Positions 58,606 to 64,000 of a stretch of DNA of 64,000 nt are shown here, piece by piece (position 1 is the stretch's first letter; every line of letters starts with the position of its first letter). The stretch covers positions 192,001 through 256,000 of the forward strand of contig CAVWBU010000026.1 of the NCBI GenBank assembly GCA_963753345.1, in the 5' to 3' direction. The notes under the pieces were generated by a model. It was not told the DNA's origin, made no database searches, and worked only from the letters and a program-made list of their open reading frames with translations. The stretch is from an uncultured Fibrobacterota bacterium. Its GTDB lineage: Bacteria; Fibrobacterota; Chitinivibrionia; Chitinivibrionales; FEN-1185. The position numbers were made by a program, and so were the translations under genes.

Positions 58606-59634
58606 ATGAACGTTCCAAAAACGATGCTCGCCATGGTGCTGGAAAAACAGGGACGGCGGCTTGTCAAAAGGGAAATACCGGTTCCGTGGCCCGGGCCGGG
58701 CCAGGTCCTGCTTCGCGTGGCCGCGTGCGGCGTATGCCGCACCGACCTGCATATCCTCGACGGCGACCTGCCGGCGCCGGCACTGCCGGTCATCATGGGA
58801 CACGAAATCGTGGGGACCGTGGTTGCCGCCGGAGCGAACACCTCGAGGTTCGCCATCGGAGACAGGGTGGGAGTTCCGTGGCTCGGTTCCACCTGTGGCA
58901 CGTGCCGATATTGCCGAAGCGGACGCGAGAATCTGTGCGACAAAGCGTGCTTTACAGGATACACCATCAACGGCGGCTACGCTGAATATTCGGCCGCAGA
59001 CGAGCGGTTCTGTTTTCCCGTGCCACCGTCGTACGGCGACGCCTCCGCCGCGCCGCTTCTGTGCGCGGGCCTCATCGGCTACCGGTCGTACCGGATGGTT
59101 CCACGGCACGCGCGCGACATCGGGGTGTACGGTTTCGGCGCGGCCGCCCACATCATTACCCAGATCGCGCGTTACGAGGGGAAGAGGATATTCGCTTTTG
59201 TGAAGCCCGGTGACGCCAAGGGCCGAGCGTATGCACGGCGGCGGGGGGCTTTCTGGGCCGGCGGTTCGGACCGGCCGTCGCCGTCGGAGCTTGATGCGGC
59301 GATACTCTTCGCGCCCATCGGGCCGCTCGTGCCCGCCGCGCTCAGGGCGTGCGCGAAAGGAGGCGTCGTGGTGTGCGCCGGGATACACATGACCGACATC
59401 CCTTCGTTTCCGTACGGCATTCTCTGGGGCGAACGCGTCGTCCGCTCGGTGGCGAATCTCACCCGGCAGGACGGTGAGGAATTGATGGCGCTTGCCCCGA
59501 AGGTCCCGGTTCAAACGGATTGCACGGTCTTCAACCTTGCAGACGCGAACGCGGCACTGGAAACCCTGAGAAACGGCGCGGTTGACGGCGCGATAGTCCT
59601 CTCAACCGAGGCCGCGCCTACGGGACGTAATTGA
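58606..59634 (+). CDS. Zinc-dependent alcohol dehydrogenase family protein
   Basis: CGVCRTDLH, GHEIVG, CxxCxxC..ENLC, APLLCAG, GFGAAAH. Confidence 0.93.
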   Translation: MNVPKTMLAMVLEKQGRRLVKREIPVPWPGPGQVLLRVAACGVCRTDLHILDGDLPAPALPVIMGHEIVGTVVAAGANTSRFAIGDRVGVPWLGSTCGTCRYCRSGRENLCDKACFTGYTINGGYAEYSAADERFCFPVPPSYGDASAAPLLCAGLIGYRSYRMVPRHARDIGVYGFGAAAHIITQIARYEGKRIFAFVKPGDAKGRAYARRRGAFWAGGSDRPSPSELDAAILFAPIGPLVPAALRACAKGGVVVCAGIHMTDIPSFPYGILWGERVVRSVANLTRQDGEELMALAPKVPVQTDCTVFNLADANAALETLRNGAVDGAIVLSTEAAPTGRN

Positions 59635-60004
59635 TTATGGTGGTGCCTTGGAACTGGAAGGCATTCTGGTAGGTTGAATTCTCGGTGACCGCAGGATCAA
59701 CAAACGAGGCCACGTTTTCATTCTTGCCCGCGCTCTGCATGATCATAGGCGGGAAAGCCGGGCGCTGATCGGCCTTGATGAGAACCATCTGGGGACGACG
59801 GATTTTTCCTTCGATCTTCTGTTCCTCGAAAATTATCCTCTGCACGGCGGCTTTTCCCTTTTCGGGATTCTTGGAAACCGGCGCAGCCTTGTCGTCTTTC
59901 GAAGGAGCGGCGTGTGCGACCAGGAACAGTCCTGCCACGCAGACGGCAGTGAGGCTGAGCCACCGCCTGTTGCGACATCGCGTTTTTCCATGAATCCTGC
60001 TCAT
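59618..60004 (-). CDS. Small secreted protein with CglF/GltF-like motif
   Basis: Signal peptide; IIFEEQKIEGKIRRP. Confidence 0.5.
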   Translation of the reverse strand: MSRIHGKTRCRNRRWLSLTAVCVAGLFLVAHAAPSKDDKAAPVSKNPEKGKAAVQRIIFEEQKIEGKIRRPQMVLIKADQRPAFPPMIMQSAGKNENVASFVDPAVTENSTYQNAFQFQGTTIINYVP

Positions 60005-60338
60005 GCCATAAAAGTACGATTTGTTTGGCCGGTTTTCAAGCATAAAAAAACGGGCATGGCCTGTATACACCTTGAATACGGAAAGTGCATTCTTTGCGCA
60101 GTTTTGTCGGGTTTCAGGATGTTTTGTTGTTACATTAGTAGTATACGCTGCTCCATGATTTGTTTCAGAAATAGTGCGCGCGTGGGGGAGGGGCAGGCCA
60201 AGGGGGAGACATAAAGGGATGAGAGCCGGCAGCACGCCGGTCTTTCATCCCTTTCCTTTTTTAACTCACCCCTCCTCGCTTCGCTCGGTTTCCCCTCTCT
60301 ATCAAGAGAGGGGATTAAGGGGTGAGTTGTAGATTCTG

Positions 60339-60372
60339 GATACCTCGAAGCTTGCTTCGGGGTATTTCATTT
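60339..60372. repeat. Solo palindrome related to the ispD insertion end
   Basis: GATACCTCGAAGCTTGCTTCGGGGTATTTCATTT. Confidence 0.7.
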
Positions 60373-60398
60373 GATGCCGGACAATCCGGGCCGAACGG

Positions 60399-62285
60399 CT
60401 ACCGCGCCTGTGCGTGCGCCACGAGGAAGGCGGCTGCAGCCGCGACGAGGAAAATCGCCTCACCGATAAGGAACGAATACAAGACCGTCACCCCTGTGGT
60501 GGTGAACCCGTACGAGTGCATGCCGATCCCCAGCAGGTTCACGCCGATCCACGCGAACATCACCAGCACAAGGCTCAAAATCGCGCCCACGGCGGTTCCG
60601 GTCTGCTTTACCATGCCGGCCCGGCGCGCGTGAAACACCACGGCGCACCACAGAATGATAAGCAGCGCGCCGTTTTCCTTGGGGTCCCATCCCCAGAACC
60701 TGCCCCAGCTCTGATCCGCCCACATTCCGCCGAGCATGGTGCCGATAAGGGTGAATACCAGGCCGAAGGCAAGCATTCCGTACACGGCATTTGCCGTGGA
60801 GGCGAGCGCTTCATCCGCAGCCTTCAGGAAGAGCTTCTTAACAAGGTACACGTGCCCGATGATGCCTGCGCAGCAGCACCCCGCATAGCCGAGCGTCACC
60901 GTCATGATATGCGTGGTGAGCCAGAAATTCGAATTGAGCACGGCTGCGATCATTCCCATGGAGTCTTCGCCCACGTTGTACCTGCCCGCAAGGTGAAGAA
61001 AGAAAAACCCGCACAGGGACGAGATGAGAATGCCCAGTGATTTTTTCTGGATGAATTCGAGGACCAGGCCGAGGGCCGCGCACGCCCACGCGACAAAAAG
61101 GAATGTTTCGTAGATCGTGGCGAGCGGCGGACGGTGCAGGATGACGACGCGCGCGACAAGGCCGAACGTGTGCGGCACGAGCGCGCCGCAGACGAGGGCG
61201 AGCGCGAGCGCGGACATCCACCTGCGGGAGACGACGGCTACAAGCAGGAGCGCAAGGAGGGCGGCAAGGCCGTAGAGGATTTTCGCTTTTGAAAAGGGGT
61301 TGATCCGGTTGTACAGCAGTTCCACGGCGGGCGACGGCGCGTGCGCGGTCTGCCGCACCGCAGCTTCAAACGATACCGCGGCAACGGCAAAGCCTTTGTC
61401 GTCGCCCGAAAGGAATGCGGCGCGCATCCCTGCAAGGGACGAGAGATCGGCGCGCGCCTGCGCCTTCTCGCCCGCGTCGAGCATCACCACCCACGGACAC
61501 TGCCACTCTTCGCGTCCGTCAACAAGGCGCGGAATGATGTGAAACGGCTGGTCCCCGCGCGACTGGGTCCAGCGGTTTAGCGCCCTGGAAAGCGACAGCA
61601 TGGTCATATCAAAAACCGTCCATCGGTTCCTGTCTTTTTGTTCGGCCGCCGCCGCGGCCTGCGCGATTTTTTCGGCATGGGGCGTGAGATCGTAGAAGGA
61701 GAGCTGCGCCGCTTTCGGGGCGAGGCCCAAAAATGCGCGCGCCGAAGAATCGTTCACGCTGAATTCCGGATACGGCATAAGGAACATGAGCACCGACGAA
61801 AGCTGCAGGTAGTCCTGCAGGTTGCGCGACACGCGCACCAGTTCGTTTTCGAACTGCGAACGCTCCTTTGCATCCTTCATCTGCGCGGCCCGCGCCATGC
61901 CGGTGAGCTGGTGATAGCCGCGCTTGATGTCGCTGAAGCTGTACCGCCGACGCTTCTCCGGCGCAACGCCTATTGCGTCGGCCACCTCCGGGTTGTTGAT
62001 GAGAAACACCTTGTCGTCGGCTGCGGCGAGCGGCGTGAAGATCACGCGGCCAAGCCATTGCGCGGGCGACATTCCGTGAAATGTCTGGCGGCCGGAAAAC
62101 TGGGTAAGCATGGAACGGGCATACGAATCGAGAGGCTTGAGGCGCCCGTTGTCGAGGATCAGGATCGATGCCAGGGCATCGGCCTTCGCGCATGCAACGG
62201 AAGCGTTTTCGCCATGCGCCGCCGGCGCGAGCAGTGCCAGCGCAACAATCGCGGCGGCAGGGAATCTGCCGAGGAAGGCGCTCAT
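60399..62285 (-). CDS. ccsA: Cytochrome c biogenesis protein (system II)
   Basis: GRLKPLD, PP...YE, L.SNFWL..H, GGMWADQSWGRFWGWDPKE, G.HSY. Confidence 0.93.
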   Translation of the reverse strand: MSAFLGRFPAAAIVALALLAPAAHGENASVACAKADALASILILDNGRLKPLDSYARSMLTQFSGRQTFHGMSPAQWLGRVIFTPLAAADDKVFLINNPEVADAIGVAPEKRRRYSFSDIKRGYHQLTGMARAAQMKDAKERSQFENELVRVSRNLQDYLQLSSVLMFLMPYPEFSVNDSSARAFLGLAPKAAQLSFYDLTPHAEKIAQAAAAAEQKDRNRWTVFDMTMLSLSRALNRWTQSRGDQPFHIIPRLVDGREEWQCPWVVMLDAGEKAQARADLSSLAGMRAAFLSGDDKGFAVAAVSFEAAVRQTAHAPSPAVELLYNRINPFSKAKILYGLAALLALLLVAVVSRRWMSALALALVCGALVPHTFGLVARVVILHRPPLATIYETFLFVAWACAALGLVLEFIQKKSLGILISSLCGFFFLHLAGRYNVGEDSMGMIAAVLNSNFWLTTHIMTVTLGYAGCCCAGIIGHVYLVKKLFLKAADEALASTANAVYGMLAFGLVFTLIGTMLGGMWADQSWGRFWGWDPKENGALLIILWCAVVFHARRAGMVKQTGTAVGAILSLVLVMFAWIGVNLLGIGMHSYGFTTTGVTVLYSFLIGEAIFLVAAAAAFLVAHAQAR

Positions 62286-63439
62286 GCCGCCCCCTGTTTA
62301 CGAATGTGCAAAACAAGCTTGACGCCGAAATGGAGCACAAGGCCCAAGGCCATGAGCAGTCCGGCGACGTAGGGGAGCCACTTGCCCTGGTTTTCCACCA
62401 CCGCAAGGGTCGACGACTGCCGGCCGTTGCTTTGCGAATACGACGATTGATAAAAGGTATACTGCCGGTATCTAAACGGCTTGTTCATGGAGATCACCGC
62501 CTCGCGGTCGATGTCGGGCCCTTTTGCGTGAATGGTGCTGCTGAACTGCCGCGCCGTCTGCGTACCGGCGTAGTCTTCCTTGACAAATTTTACAAGCGTG
62601 ATCGCAAGCGGAAGCGGTTGCGGTTTGCGTCGAACGGAACAGTGCAGCGTGTCGCCGCCGATGGGCACGCGAATCGGATCGGCCGACCCGCCGTACAGTA
62701 CCGCGCGTGCAGCAGGGCCGCCGTCCGCCGCAATGGAGATCACTGCGCCGGGAACATTGTCCGCCGGATCCGCCGCAGGTTTCTCAGCCTCTATTGAATC
62801 GATCAAAAGCGGGATGGCAGTTGCAGGCATGGAATCGGTCATGGCCGAGGGCATGAGCGCGGCGCAGTTCTTGTACACGCTTTCAATTGCAAGCGCTGCG
62901 TCCCGCAGGGCGGAACGGCAGGATTGGCCCGGCCGGAGCGTGTCGAGGCCAACGGCGCAGACCGCCGCTGCCCGGCCGGTTTTCGCGTCTGTCCAGGTTG
63001 CAAGCTGCCAGTCGCGGTAGGAGAGCGCCTGGTCCGACGTTTCACCTTCCCAGAGCGCAAGAAACGTCTCGCGGGCCGTGTACGAAACAATGCCGCCGCC
63101 TATGAGAAGCACGAGTATGCCGCAATGGGTGACGATAAGTCCCGCCTTGGCGGGCCGCCATTGCTGTTTGAAAATCAGAATTGCCGCCTGATTGAGTACG
63201 AGAGCGCACACGGTGAGACGCACGCCCGGGAATGGAATCATGCCTCCGATCATCACGATCCATGCGGAAAAAAACCGCGCCTTGGCGGCATAGATGCCGT
63301 GGTCCACCTGGTAGAGCGTTCCCCACAGAACGAGGATACAAAGGACGATGAGGCAGACAACGGTTGTGTGAAGAGAGAGAAACAGCGATGAGAAAATGTT
63401 CGCGGCTGTTGCCGATTTCTTTTTCGCGCCTGTCGTCAT
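62282..63439 (-). CDS. ResB/Ccs1-like cytochrome c biogenesis protein
   Basis: GTLYQ, H.GI, F....Y.GT.....F.S, ISMNKP..Y..Y.FYQSSY. Confidence 0.9.
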   Translation of the reverse strand: MTTGAKKKSATAANIFSSLFLSLHTTVVCLIVLCILVLWGTLYQVDHGIYAAKARFFSAWIVMIGGMIPFPGVRLTVCALVLNQAAILIFKQQWRPAKAGLIVTHCGILVLLIGGGIVSYTARETFLALWEGETSDQALSYRDWQLATWTDAKTGRAAAVCAVGLDTLRPGQSCRSALRDAALAIESVYKNCAALMPSAMTDSMPATAIPLLIDSIEAEKPAADPADNVPGAVISIAADGGPAARAVLYGGSADPIRVPIGGDTLHCSVRRKPQPLPLAITLVKFVKEDYAGTQTARQFSSTIHAKGPDIDREAVISMNKPFRYRQYTFYQSSYSQSNGRQSSTLAVVENQGKWLPYVAGLLMALGLVLHFGVKLVLHIRKQGAA

Positions 63440-63698
63440 GACAATACTGCTGCCAAGCCTTTTCTGTTCAACAAGGTAAACCCTTGCCTTGGTGGATTCT
63501 TGTAGCCGCATCCCCTGTCCCCTTCTCCCACAAGGAGAAGGGGGTTGGATGAATCTTTTGTCAAGCCCCTCTCCTGCGGGAGAGGGGATGGGGTGAGGTC
63601 AAAGGAAACAAGCGATGTCATGAGGCACGCTTCAAGGGTGCTCAATTAGTGACCCCCGCTATGGCGGGGGGATTCTTTATTTCAAGCGCGGGAAGAAA

Positions 63699-64000
63699 TC
63701 ACCGCATGACGGCCGCGGCCGACGACGCCTCCAGATTGCCGTCTGTCAACACTATCCTGTACACTCCCGACCCAAGCCCGGTCCCTGCCAGCGAAAAGGC
63801 ATTTGATCCGGACCGCATCGACCTGACCCTGGAAGTGAGGTCGAGCGCCAGCCTGCCGTTTGCGGAAAAGATTTTCAGCGATGCGGCCGATGGATGAACG
63901 AGCCTGAGCGTTACCACGGCTCCGTGAACCGACAGACCGTCCGTGTTCTTCATTAGAACGGGCGCAGATGGAAGAACCGACGTGTTGCCGGTTGCGCGGA
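63699..64000 (-). CDS. Partial secreted protein, C-terminal sorting-like domain
   Basis: LKIFSANGRL..GLGSGVY; frame runs off the window end. Confidence 0.6.
   Translation of the reverse strand, partial: RATGNTSVLPSAPVLMKNTDGLSVHGAVVTLRLVHPSAASLKIFSANGRLALDLTSRVRSMRSGSNAFSLAGTGLGSGVYRIVLTDGNLEASSAAAVMR

Overview
A GC-rich bacterial chromosome segment. It is most likely Fibrobacterota (Chitinivibrionales/Chitinispirillaceae-like), inferred from two TIGR02147-type genes and secreted proteins with Fibrobacterota/T9SS-like C-terminal tails. Housekeeping genes are metH, tag, argCBDG, ispD, a class I DAHP synthase, mgtA, ResB/ccsA and a cNMP-AckA-PduL fusion. Accessory blocks are (i) two TIGR02147-lipoprotein-cargo modules, one flanked by decayed recombinase-like direct repeats and one leading three paralogous clan GH-A-like secreted enzymes, and (ii) a defence islet with a GNAT toxin-antitoxin pair, a structured leader, a DNA methyltransferase, an SF2 helicase and a separate PD-(D/E)XK nuclease. 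The most striking non-coding signal is a dispersed, roughly 400-480 bp bipartite structured repeat (module A, conserved spacer, module B; 8 A and 7 B copies). It shows compensatory base changes and interchangeable nested mini-hairpins. Three genes (MTase, ispD, MFS transporter) carry +1 frameshifts, and ispD also has a 117-bp in-frame palindromic insertion. No rRNA, tRNA, CRISPR array or intact transposase was seen. All family calls come from motif recognition by eye, not from database searches.
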